Below, in pieces: positions 47,860 through 56,873 of a stretch of DNA of 64,000 nt. Under the pieces are notes generated by a model. It ran no database searches, was not told the origin of the DNA, and saw only the letters and a list, made by a program, of their open reading frames with translations. The stretch's first letter is position 1. Every line of letters begins with the position of its first letter. Made by a program: the position numbers and the translations under genes. The DNA comes from Candidatus Latescibacterota bacterium (GTDB lineage Bacteria; Latescibacterota; UBA2968): the NCBI GenBank assembly GCA_965198115.1, contig OZ240241.1, positions 7,360,001 through 7,424,000 of the forward strand. Reading direction: 5' to 3'.

Positions 47860-47900
47860 ACGATTTACTCCAAGCGATCGATTTGGTGCAGGGAGGGAGA

Positions 47901-47929
47901 AATGTGGTAAGAGCCCTTCAGGAGGTCAA
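47901..47929 (-). promoter_or_regulatory. possible sigma70-type promoter for the DUF6785-like gene
   Basis: TTGACC-17 nt-CACATT about 40 nt upstream of the 47859 start; weak -10 match. Confidence 0.25.
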
Positions 47930-47953
47930 TGCCTGAATCGTTATCCTGGTTGA

Positions 47954-49600
47954 TCAGGTTCGAGGGAACCATCCCGGCGGTCTGCGCCACTCACCGTCCG
48001 GGTAATCGTAATCGACCTGGACCTCTACATCAGCGATTTCTACTGGAATTTCGTCGGCTAATTGCGCGTTTCGTTCGGCCAGTCGCACGGTGATCGTGTT
48101 CGTCCCTACGACCGGAAGCTGATTGCTGAGGTCGAATTCGAGCCAAGTGTCCGAATGGGGGTCGTAACCACCAGGGCGCATGGGGTTCGAACACACGAGT
48201 GGCGTACCGTTCAACGTGACCTCGATGCGATCATCAATCGTCAGCTGATCGAGGTGCAGCCAGAGCTTGATCGTCATAAGCCTGGAACGAGAGGCACGCA
48301 GGTCATCGGGGACGTCGATTTGGAGTTCGACGGGGGCGGTTGTCAGTTCCACCGGAATCTGGTGTTCCGACAAGAGACAGTTTTGGAAGGTTTCATTCGC
48401 TTCGTGTGATCGTGTCAAACAAAACAGCTTGTTTTTGTGCTGTAACCGAATCGGATCGGCGATGTCGTCGACGGCCTCTCGGTTGTCGTAGTCGTAAGTG
48501 ATGGCCGTTCCGAAGAAGTTGAAGACGTAGATTCCGTCGACGCCTCGTTTGTGGTGACGTGCCGCAATGCCCCGAATCATTTCGTTGGTAAGGGGGGTCA
48601 TGATCGGCGCGTTGAAGTACCAGCGTCGGAACCCGCTCGTGTGCCCTGCGATATAGCCCTCCTCGATCGTCGGATAGATCTGGACCCCGCTCCCTTTCCC
48701 TAATTCGACCCACTCGGTGACATCTTCCTCCATGTCCTGACCGAAGAAACAAGAGGGTATGACGATGTCCACGAGACCTTCATCGATCCACGCGGGGACG
48801 TCCAATCCGAGACGTCTGCTGCCGGCGATCGTGTTGGGTACGCGCGCGGCGAAGCCGATTGCTCGATCCTTCTCCTGACCGACGCGATCCAGAGCGGCTC
48901 TTGTGTCGCGCATGAACTGGGACATCACGTCCAGTCCGGCTTCCTCCTGGCCGAACCTGAAGTAACCCGGACAGCGCATGAAGTCGAAGAGGAAGCCTGC
49001 GATGTCGTAACGCGTGCACGCTTCGACGGCAATGTCCTTCCGCAGTGAGCGCACCTCCTCGTGCATGAAATCCTGAAACCAGGGCAGGACGCTCCCCAAT
49101 CGGCCCCCCCAGCCCTCTGCGCCCTCATCCCCGATGAGGAATTGGGGATTTCCCTCGTAGAATCGTGACGACTGCAGGTTGATGGCCGTCCCCTTCTCAC
49201 CCCAGTGATGCCAGTCGTTCATGCTGAGCCGGATCCAGTGATCGATTCCAAGACGGTGAGCTTCGGCAACTTCGATCCCGACAGGATCGTGTCCCTCCTC
49301 GTGCAGACGTCGCAAAGTCTCGGCGTGGCGCCACAACTGAACAGTCCCTATGCGGGCACCCCGATTCATGCGATCGACGATGAACTCGGCGTTCTCGATT
49401 TCGGTCGGCCAGGAGAGATTGTAACCGGCGTTACAGCCTGGCGCGCCGACATAGGCATCGACGGGACGGCCTGCGAAAAAGCCGAGGTGCGCCTGGGCGA
49501 CGCGCTCCGGTGTCATGGGGGGATTGTAGAAGCCATATTGGCCAGCGTTCTGGTCCCACATGACGCGGTAACGTTTGTTCAGTCGATTCATCGAGGGCAC
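47954..49600 (-). CDS. GHL10-like TIM-barrel putative glycoside hydrolase
   Basis: LSMNDWH, DFMHEEVR, YDIAGFLFDFMR, GLVDIVIP, GVDGIYVFN motifs. Confidence 0.7.
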   Translation of the reverse strand: MPSMNRLNKRYRVMWDQNAGQYGFYNPPMTPERVAQAHLGFFAGRPVDAYVGAPGCNAGYNLSWPTEIENAEFIVDRMNRGARIGTVQLWRHAETLRRLHEEGHDPVGIEVAEAHRLGIDHWIRLSMNDWHHWGEKGTAINLQSSRFYEGNPQFLIGDEGAEGWGGRLGSVLPWFQDFMHEEVRSLRKDIAVEACTRYDIAGFLFDFMRCPGYFRFGQEEAGLDVMSQFMRDTRAALDRVGQEKDRAIGFAARVPNTIAGSRRLGLDVPAWIDEGLVDIVIPSCFFGQDMEEDVTEWVELGKGSGVQIYPTIEEGYIAGHTSGFRRWYFNAPIMTPLTNEMIRGIAARHHKRGVDGIYVFNFFGTAITYDYDNREAVDDIADPIRLQHKNKLFCLTRSHEANETFQNCLLSEHQIPVELTTAPVELQIDVPDDLRASRSRLMTIKLWLHLDQLTIDDRIEVTLNGTPLVCSNPMRPGGYDPHSDTWLEFDLSNQLPVVGTNTITVRLAERNAQLADEIPVEIADVEVQVDYDYPDGEWRRPPGWFPRT

Positions 49601-49614
49601 CTAAGAAAAGCCTT

Positions 49615-49693
49615 CACCGCAGAGGCCGCAGAGAGAAGAACTAAGCAGGGCGAACATAGGGGTGGGCACCCTTCGACGGCGCTGAGTGCAGGC
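49615..49693 (+). repeat. 9-mer array plus REP-like palindrome
   Basis: caccgcagaggccgcagaga and cacccttcgacggcgctgagtgcaggc. Confidence 0.6.
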
Positions 49694-49715
49694 GCCGGTC
49701 CGCCCGTACTGAGCG

Positions 49716-50945
49716 TCAGTGACGTTTGCGGATGACGCCTTTAGTTCGGGCGGCGTGGGCCTCGACGAACGCGTGATAGTCGATGTCCTGGGCGAGGTAG
49801 GCCTTGGCGTCGAAGTCCTTGAACCGGTCGGGGGAGAAGATGCTCGCATCGATCTTGGTCTGCCCGTCGAGGACGTACTCCGACAGCAGGAGACCTGCGA
49901 CGGGGTGCCAGCCGAAACCGCCAGAGCAGAAGTTCGTACCGAGGAAGAGACCGGGGAGGCCTTCGACGGGGCCGATGTTGGGCGTCATATCGAGCGGATA
50001 ACTGACCACACCCACACGATGGTAGTCGATCTCGGCGCCTTCCAGGCGGGGGAGGCGATCCTGGATCCTTTCCAGGATGAAGGGCAGGCTGCCAGGCGTG
50101 GGGTCGAGCTGGTCGAGGTGAAAGTCGGGCCCGGGCATATGAATTTGCTCCGGTTCGACTGCGCCACTGCCGAGGAGGATACGATCGTCCTCGGTCGGGC
50201 GATAGTAGACGCCGTTGGCGTCGTCGTTCGTGGCGGGCAGCTGCGGGACGGTGTCGAAAGGCCGAGTGACGAATCGCTCGTGGACATAAGTACGGACGGG
50301 TAGGGGGTGATCGATTCGAGCGAGGAGGGCGTTGCCCCATCCGTTCACCGTACAGACGGTTACGTCGTGTCTCAGCTCTTCGCCTCCGCGGAGGCGCACA
50401 CCGTGCACCCGATTGGTGTCAACCAGGAAGTCTTCGACCACGGCTTCCTCCCGGATCTCGACACCGAGCTCTCGGACCTTCTTCGTCAGGGCCGGTATGT
50501 AGATGTCCGGCTCGCTCCAGCCGCCACGGACGTCGAGGACGCCCGCTTCGGTGTCTTTGACGCGGAGATCCGGGAAGCGCTCCTCAAGATCTTGCCGTCG
50601 TAGTACTTCGAACTTCGCTCCGGCCTCACGTTGCATGTCGTGCAGTGTGGACGCGGTTTCCAGCTGTCCTTGATCATAAAGGCCGAGGCATCCGACCTGA
50701 TGAAAGTTGTAGTCGTCGAGGATTCGGTCGAAGCGCTCAAAAATGTCGAAGCTCACACCGCGTGCGACCGTTGCTGCACGACTCCCCATGAGCATGGTGT
50801 TGACCGCACCCGATCGGCTGCTCGATCCGCTTCCAACGCGGTCTTTCTCGATGAGGGTGACCTTCGCACCGCGCTCGGCGAGATGGAACGAGGCGCTCAG
50901 CCCCGCGAGGCCGGCACCGACGACGAGAACATTTATCTCAGCCAT
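49716..50945 (-). CDS. FAD-dependent amine oxidoreductase (DAO / sarcosine oxidase beta-like)
   Basis: GAGLAGLS, GSSSRSGA, DMTPNIGP, GGFGWHPVAG, FSPDRF motifs. Confidence 0.85.
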   Translation of the reverse strand: MAEINVLVVGAGLAGLSASFHLAERGAKVTLIEKDRVGSGSSSRSGAVNTMLMGSRAATVARGVSFDIFERFDRILDDYNFHQVGCLGLYDQGQLETASTLHDMQREAGAKFEVLRRQDLEERFPDLRVKDTEAGVLDVRGGWSEPDIYIPALTKKVRELGVEIREEAVVEDFLVDTNRVHGVRLRGGEELRHDVTVCTVNGWGNALLARIDHPLPVRTYVHERFVTRPFDTVPQLPATNDDANGVYYRPTEDDRILLGSGAVEPEQIHMPGPDFHLDQLDPTPGSLPFILERIQDRLPRLEGAEIDYHRVGVVSYPLDMTPNIGPVEGLPGLFLGTNFCSGGFGWHPVAGLLLSEYVLDGQTKIDASIFSPDRFKDFDAKAYLAQDIDYHAFVEAHAARTKGVIRKRH

Positions 50946-51006
50946 TCGTAATCCTTGGGGAACCAACCACTGAGCACACTGAACACACCGAGGATGGAGA
51001 ATTTCA

Positions 51007-52014
51007 CTACTCAGCCGTCCGTACGTAGTCGGGAACGTTGATGGGCTGGCCGCCTTGTCGGGATGACTCCCAGGCCGCGAGGATTGGGCCCAGGGAGTAG
51101 AGCCCGTCGTGATAGTCGTTCAGCAGATCGCTGCCGTCGCCTGATCGGACGGCTTCGCAGAAACGTCGGTCCAGCTCGAACCAGGGGTTGAACTCTTCGC
51201 CTTCGAATACCCTCTCGCCGTTGACCTCGATATAGTTGTAGCCGTGAATGGCGAGGTAGCCGCCTTCGTAGTAGAAGAGGAAATAGGGCTCGTTCGGTGG
51301 CACGGTTGGGGTCACGCAGACAAAAGCGACGGTCATGGTGGCGCCGTTGGACATGAGGAAGTTAAACGACGCGGAGGTGGGGGCCCGGTGTCTGTCCCGA
51401 TCGTGTTTCAGATAGCCCTGCGCCGTCGTCACGTCGAGCCCGCTGGCGAAGCGCGAATAATCGACGGCGTGCGGTCCCCAGTCGAAGAAGGAGGACGCGC
51501 CCTTTTCGAATACCCCGTTCCATCGGTTGGTATCACGGTGCTCGGGGATGTCTCGGATACTCTGGAAGCAGATGTGTGTGATCTCCTTGCCCTCGAGACG
51601 CCGTTTCGCCTCCTGGAAGATCGGCCGATAGCGTTCACGGAAGCAGACGGCGCTGAGAACGCCGGCTTCACTGACCGCCTCGTCGATTCGTCGTGCGACG
51701 GACATCTTCAGGGCCTGCGGTTTTTCACTGAAGAGATGGATGCCCTTTGAGGCTGCGGTTGCCTCAACGTCGGTTCTTGCGAAGGCGGGCACGATGGACC
51801 ACATGGCGTCCATAGACTCCTTGTCGAGCATTTCGTGGCCATCTGTGTAGACGCGTGGGATGTCGAAACGCCCCGCTGTTTCCCTGGCGGCCTGCTCGTT
51901 GACGTCGCAGACGGCGACGATCTCGACGTTGTCGACGTTCGTCAGGTTCGGGAGATGCTGGTTGTTGGCGAAGTTGCCGGCACCGAAGATGCCGACTTTT
52001 ATGGTTTTAGCCAT
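51007..52014 (-). CDS. Gfo/Idh/MocA family oxidoreductase
   Basis: GAGNFANNQH, SEKPQA, DWGPHAVD motifs. Confidence 0.88.
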   Translation of the reverse strand: MAKTIKVGIFGAGNFANNQHLPNLTNVDNVEIVAVCDVNEQAARETAGRFDIPRVYTDGHEMLDKESMDAMWSIVPAFARTDVEATAASKGIHLFSEKPQALKMSVARRIDEAVSEAGVLSAVCFRERYRPIFQEAKRRLEGKEITHICFQSIRDIPEHRDTNRWNGVFEKGASSFFDWGPHAVDYSRFASGLDVTTAQGYLKHDRDRHRAPTSASFNFLMSNGATMTVAFVCVTPTVPPNEPYFLFYYEGGYLAIHGYNYIEVNGERVFEGEEFNPWFELDRRFCEAVRSGDGSDLLNDYHDGLYSLGPILAAWESSRQGGQPINVPDYVRTAE

Positions 52015-52028
52015 GAAAACCCTCAGTT

Positions 52029-52140
52029 AACACGAAGACGCGAAGACACGAAGGGATACGCAGACGAAACCTTTGGAACCACCGATGAACACAGATAAAC
52101 ACTGATGTGATGAAAGTTAGGACCGTGACCCTATTCGGGG
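52029..52140 (+). repeat. 8-mer and 10-mer micro-repeat arrays followed by CTATTCG box
   Basis: cacgaagacgcgaagacacgaag; caccgatgaacacagataaacactgat; ctattcgggg at 52131. Confidence 0.75.
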
Positions 52141-52277
52141 AGTGGCCTGGAGGGTCCCAAAACGAATGATTGAGCAACATCGATGACTACAGAAGCTGCC
52201 GTTCCTGACGACTGAACACTGAACCGGCCTGCTTTTGGCCGGTCACCGGGCACGATGGGAAATCCCTATAGATCGGT

Positions 52278-53324
52278 TTACAGCTCCACATCCAGCTTTT
52301 GCGCCCACTCTTGAATCTGATCCCACGTGCCGTCTTCGATGAAGATGCCTTCGGCATCGCGCTGGGATTTGACTCTGGCTTCGATTTCGCCTGGGAGAAG
52401 GATCTCGCTGAATCCCTCGGCGGGCGGAGACGATTTGACGTGTTGGATGAAAATGTCGGACTCCCTGTAAAAGTCATCTATCGGGAGGAATTGTGCGACG
52501 TCGACGATGATGAGGAGGACTCCGTTGGAGTTGCGCTGATCTTTGCCGATACAGCCCGTGCCGCTGAGGACACCAGCCAGAATTTCGATGGCGACGTTGA
52601 GACCATAGCCCTTGTGGCCGGCGGCCGAGCCCCCGAGCGGCAGAATGCTGCCTGGGGGATCTCCGTAGAGCTTGTGTGGATCGTTCGTGGGCTTGCCATT
52701 GGCGTCGAGCAGCCAGCCGTCCGGTGTTTCCTCATCGCGATTGCGTTTGACGCGCACCTTTCCCTCGGCGACGACGGTGGAGGTCATGTCCATCACGATC
52801 GGTTCGCCCGAGGAATGAGGGATGCCGAAGGCCAGCGGGTCTGTGGCCAGCCGCGGTTCGGTGCCACCCCAGGGGGCCATGCGGAAGGCGGGGATTCCCA
52901 CCGCGTTGACGAAGAGGAAGCTGATCATGCCCTGGCGCGCAATGTGGTCGACGTAGCTGCCGAGGCGACCGATGTGATTCGAATTGCGGACGGTCACCGC
53001 AGCCAGACCGTGCTGCGTGGCTTTTTCGAGTCCGATTTCGACTGCGCGGGTCATCGTGACCTGACCGAATCCCCAATTGCCGTCGACGGTGGCTGTCATG
53101 GGATTCTCTTGCACAACCTTTACTTCGGCGTTGGGGACGATGTCTTCCTTTTCCACTGAATCGAGGTATTGCGGGATGCGGATGAGTCCATGAGAATCGT
53201 GTCCGGTGCTGTTGGCTTCGGCGAGCAGCTCCGCAACGAGTCTGGCATTGTCGAGGGATGTTCCGGCTCCGACGAGGATCTTAGCGATGGTTTCGATCAG
53301 TTCATCTGAGGTGAAACTCGGCAT
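52278..53324 (-). CDS. Ldh_2 family oxidoreductase
   Basis: GHDSHG, HIGRLG, ATDPLA, VAEGKV, GHKGYGL, LPGE motifs. Confidence 0.9.
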   Translation of the reverse strand: MPSFTSDELIETIAKILVGAGTSLDNARLVAELLAEANSTGHDSHGLIRIPQYLDSVEKEDIVPNAEVKVVQENPMTATVDGNWGFGQVTMTRAVEIGLEKATQHGLAAVTVRNSNHIGRLGSYVDHIARQGMISFLFVNAVGIPAFRMAPWGGTEPRLATDPLAFGIPHSSGEPIVMDMTSTVVAEGKVRVKRNRDEETPDGWLLDANGKPTNDPHKLYGDPPGSILPLGGSAAGHKGYGLNVAIEILAGVLSGTGCIGKDQRNSNGVLLIIVDVAQFLPIDDFYRESDIFIQHVKSSPPAEGFSEILLPGEIEARVKSQRDAEGIFIEDGTWDQIQEWAQKLDVEL

Positions 53325-53335
53325 GAGCGACTCCA

Positions 53336-53366
53336 GTGTTCGGTGTTCGGTGTTCAGGTTCAGGAA
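53336..53366 (+). repeat. 7-bp tandem repeat
   Basis: gtgttcggtgttcggtgttcaggttcaggaa, ending about 12 nt upstream of the 53324 start. Confidence 0.85.
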
Positions 53367-53426
53367 GACCCCATATGGCCATCTGGCACGATGAAGGTTG
53401 TCAGTCGTCAGGATTCAGGAAAACCT

Positions 53427-54608
53427 CTACTCAGACCCGAAAATTCTGTGGATGATCTCTGGATGGGTTAGACCGGAGGTGCGGAGGTCGTTGTATTCTT
53501 CCCAGTGATCCCAAGACCTGCGTTCGTGGCTACGTATGTCGTATTTGTGTTCGAATTCGGGGGACATCTTGCCCTCGGCGAGCATCAATGAGAGTGGATA
53601 TCCGGTCTCCTCGAGAGGCAGGCGGACGACCTCGTGGTTTCGCGCCGATTGATACAAGGCCATCATCAATTCCACGGCGTGTCGCGTCTGAGTACCCTCG
53701 CTCCGATAGGACGACTCGCCATCCAACCAGGCTTTGAGCCCTTTGGCCTGCGCAGCATAGGCAACTCGGAAGAAGCCCTCAAGTCCAGCCCTGTTTGCGG
53801 CGGATTCGATCTCGGAATCCCACACGACGGGGAATGCCTCCGGATCGTGACCGCTCGCGATCAGCCGGAGGCTGTCTGGTCCAACTTCGAGGAGACCATC
53901 AGAACCCTGTACTGTCATCTGGTCGGGTTCGTTGCGCGTCGTGAGATCGGACTGGAACAAACATTGAATCCCGCCTTCGAAGGACATCAATCCCACGCAG
54001 CAATCTTCGATGGGGACATCCCGCTCCCATCGGTTAGACCTGCGATCTAGCGCTCCCATCACCCACTCGCCATTTGGATCACCGAGGACGTATCGAATCC
54101 CATCCACGGTGTGACTACCGGTGTTGAGCATACCGTCGATGACGTGCCCGGTTGCCAGAACAGGGGTGCCGATGGCGCCTTCCTGGATGAGACGACGCGC
54201 TTCGGCCCAACCGGGGTAGAATCTTCGCTGGTGGGCGATGGCCAGTTTCGTGTCGAGGTCCGCGCAGACCTCGATCATCCGGTCGGCCTCTTCAAGCCCG
54301 ATGGCCATGGGTTTCTCGCACAGGACAGCCTTCACACCGTGTTCTGCTGCGAGAATCGTCTGCGGTGCGTGGAGAAGATGCCACGTGCAGATGCTGACGA
54401 TGTCCAATGATTCTTCGCGCAGCATGGTCTCGGCGTCATCGTAGATCGTCGCAATGTCGAAGGTTTCTTTGAACGCCTTTGCAACATTGGCGTCGGGCTC
54501 GACACCCGCGGCGAGGTCCAGGCCGGGTACGCTCAGGTAGGCACGAGCGTGTCGTTCCGCAATGTTGCCGCATCCGATGATGCCGACTCTGTAGTTCGAT
54601 GATGGCAC
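53427..54608 (-). CDS. Gfo/Idh/MocA family oxidoreductase
   Basis: GCGNIAERH, CEKPMA, HQRRF, GSHTVD motifs. Confidence 0.88.
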   Translation of the reverse strand: MPSSNYRVGIIGCGNIAERHARAYLSVPGLDLAAGVEPDANVAKAFKETFDIATIYDDAETMLREESLDIVSICTWHLLHAPQTILAAEHGVKAVLCEKPMAIGLEEADRMIEVCADLDTKLAIAHQRRFYPGWAEARRLIQEGAIGTPVLATGHVIDGMLNTGSHTVDGIRYVLGDPNGEWVMGALDRRSNRWERDVPIEDCCVGLMSFEGGIQCLFQSDLTTRNEPDQMTVQGSDGLLEVGPDSLRLIASGHDPEAFPVVWDSEIESAANRAGLEGFFRVAYAAQAKGLKAWLDGESSYRSEGTQTRHAVELMMALYQSARNHEVVRLPLEETGYPLSLMLAEGKMSPEFEHKYDIRSHERRSWDHWEEYNDLRTSGLTHPEIIHRIFGSE

Positions 54609-54651
54609 TGGTGCCGCCTATCCTGATCGAATGGCCTTCAACTGAAAAGGG

Positions 54652-54677
54652 GTGTTCGGTGTTCAGGGTTCGGGAAA
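54652..54677 (+). repeat. 7-bp tandem repeat
   Basis: gtgttcggtgttcagggttcgggaaa. Confidence 0.75.
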
Positions 54678-54712
54678 CCTGGCATTGGTTTTCGCGATAG
54701 CTTGCGTTGAGG

Positions 54713-56009
54713 TTAGGGTTCGCGAATAAATAAACGGTCGATCTCAATGTTGAGCCATTGGCCGGATCGTGTAGTTCCAGTCGCCGTGGAAATCGTGCGG
54801 AGTGAGATCGATTTGGGTCATCTGTTCATCGGTCACCTTGACCCCGTTAGGGTAGGGTCGCTTGTCGATCTCGGAGCGTACTCGGAGACCGGCTTGAGTG
54901 GTCGTTCCGGCAATGAGATTCACGGTTGCAGCCAGGCTGACCAGGGGCTTGCCTCGCCAGTTCATAGCGATGAAGGAGAACAGGCGATGTTCGATCTTGT
55001 TCCACTTACTAGTGCCAGGAGGGTAGTGGCATACGGTGATCGTCAGGCCAGTGCGATTCGCAAAGCGCTGCAGCTCCCACTTCCACAGCCGCGTCTTGGC
55101 GCCGTTGCTGCCGCCTGCGTCCGCCGTGATTAGCAGATGCGTCGAAGTGCCGTAGGCGGGCCGTCCCATGTTCTTCCACCAACTTCGGATCGCATTCACG
55201 GCGAAGCTGGCCGTGTCGTGATCGATACCGACACTTACCCAGCCTTCATCACGGCTCAGATCATACACTCCATAAGGGATCGCCTTGCCCTGAGCAGGCA
55301 CTATGAAATCGTGTACCTTCACACGCTCCGGGTCTCCCTTGGGTCGCCATTCTCGGCCAGGATTCTTGAAGTCGCCGATCAACTCTTTCTTCTTGGTGTC
55401 CACCGAGATAACGGGAAGGCCCTGCTGCTGCTGGCTAATCCGATCATCGAGGTAAACGAACTGAGCGTCCCGATCCGGGTGTGCAGATCCCTCCCTTGTC
55501 TTCCGATTCGCCTGCAGCGTGTAATCGTGTTCGTGCAGGAGATTGGCAACGATCCTGGGGCTCACCGAATGCCCCATCGCTTGCAACTCGGCGGCCAGTT
55601 TGCGAGTGCTCTTCGATGTCCATCTCAGAGGATTGTCGTCAGGCGACCCCGCAGTCGTTGGCTCGACCAGATCATTCAGGTCCTGCCACAGCGTCGGGTC
55701 CGTGTCGGCCTTCCGCTTACGACCGCCGCCTGGGCGCCGGATGCGAGCCGGGTCCAAAGGTTCGTCCGACCTCAACTCCTGAATGCCACGAAAGATCCGC
55801 TCTCTGGACATTCCTGTCGCCAGAGCCACAATCGCGATCCCACCGTGACCCAACGCTTCGGCTTCCGTGGCGGCCCACAGACGACGCGTGCGTTCCGTCA
55901 GCACCGGAGCCAAGGCTTCATACTTCGTTCGGAGAGTTTCGACGTCCACACTCCGAGCGTAAGATCATTACCTTGAAAAGTGCAGTACTTATTTCGTGGC
56001 AAACCCTAA
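54713..56009 (-). mobile_element. ISAzo13-family insertion sequence, copy 3
   Basis: Reverse orientation, 1297 bp, same ends as copies 1 and 2. Confidence 0.93.
54744..55949 (-). CDS. ISAzo13-family DDE transposase
   Basis: Translation matches copy 2. Confidence 0.95.
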   Translation of the reverse strand: MDVETLRTKYEALAPVLTERTRRLWAATEAEALGHGGIAIVALATGMSRERIFRGIQELRSDEPLDPARIRRPGGGRKRKADTDPTLWQDLNDLVEPTTAGSPDDNPLRWTSKSTRKLAAELQAMGHSVSPRIVANLLHEHDYTLQANRKTREGSAHPDRDAQFVYLDDRISQQQQGLPVISVDTKKKELIGDFKNPGREWRPKGDPERVKVHDFIVPAQGKAIPYGVYDLSRDEGWVSVGIDHDTASFAVNAIRSWWKNMGRPAYGTSTHLLITADAGGSNGAKTRLWKWELQRFANRTGLTITVCHYPPGTSKWNKIEHRLFSFIAMNWRGKPLVSLAATVNLIAGTTTQAGLRVRSEIDKRPYPNGVKVTDEQMTQIDLTPHDFHGDWNYTIRPMAQH

Positions 56010-56846
56010 GGGTGATGGGATCCATTCGAGATCTCTGAGCTGTTCGACCCAACTTGCCCTCAGCGGATTGTCCTTCGCTCCGGCGATCCAATCGGGATGA
56101 CAGAAGGGCACGCCATCGGGAAAGTTGAACATTCGAGCGTGATTCTCGCCGATGATTCGTGCCTCCTGTCGACGAGCATCTGCCTGCTCGGGGGTAGGCG
56201 ACGGCATCCAGTAGATTGCTGCCCCCAGGCGCCTGCCTGGAGCCCCGCCGAAACTCGAGTGCAAGAGCGGCAGAGCGAAGGCGATGACATCGCCCGGCGT
56301 CGTTTCTATGACGACGCTCGATTGGCCACCCTCATCCGGTTCGAGGTCGAGCCCGCGTAATGTTTCCATCACTTCCACGTACGTTTGCAGACGGAAAGGT
56401 TCGGTGTCGGAGACACGATCCTCGTGTGGTTCAATGTGGGAGCCGGGCACGACGCGCAGGGCGCCGGTTTCGGCACGGAGGGGCTCGAGGTAATAGAGGA
56501 GCTTCAGCCCAGTGTTGCCCGGCACGTCGAGATCACGGTGCCACCCCGTGTCGCCCTGCCAATAGAGCATGTCGACGTTAGCGCCAAAGATGCGGTCGTC
56601 GAAGGTCTGCTGGGCGATTGAGAGAAAACGATTGTCTTCGAGCAGAGAGGCGCTGAAAGGCGTCTGTGGATGCAGCAACGGGACCCAGCTTCCCCTCGGA
56701 CCACCATCGCGACCCTTGTAAATCTCGCTTCTGGCTGCGTCGGCCTCTTGGGCGAGCGTTGCCATCTCTTCCGCGTCGAAGAGTTGGCGGAACACAAGTA
56801 AGCCAAATTCTTCGAAGAATGCGATCTGATCTTCTGTCAGTTTGAT
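55989..56846 (-). CDS. PhyH family dioxygenase (probable ATC start; C-terminus extended into the IS)
   Basis: WHRD, GALRVVPGSH, PGDVIAF..LLHSSFGG motifs. Frame extends to (I)KLTEDQIAFFEEFG, 8 nt behind AAGGAG. The last codons (LGFATK*) lie in the IS end. Confidence 0.8.
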   Translation of the reverse strand: MKLTEDQIAFFEEFGLLVFRQLFDAEEMATLAQEADAARSEIYKGRDGGPRGSWVPLLHPQTPFSASLLEDNRFLSIAQQTFDDRIFGANVDMLYWQGDTGWHRDLDVPGNTGLKLLYYLEPLRAETGALRVVPGSHIEPHEDRVSDTEPFRLQTYVEVMETLRGLDLEPDEGGQSSVVIETTPGDVIAFALPLLHSSFGGAPGRRLGAAIYWMPSPTPEQADARRQEARIIGENHARMFNFPDGVPFCHPDWIAGAKDNPLRASWVEQLRDLEWIPSPLGFATK

Positions 56847-56873
56847 GAGAATCGCTCCTTGTCTTTCGCCGTT

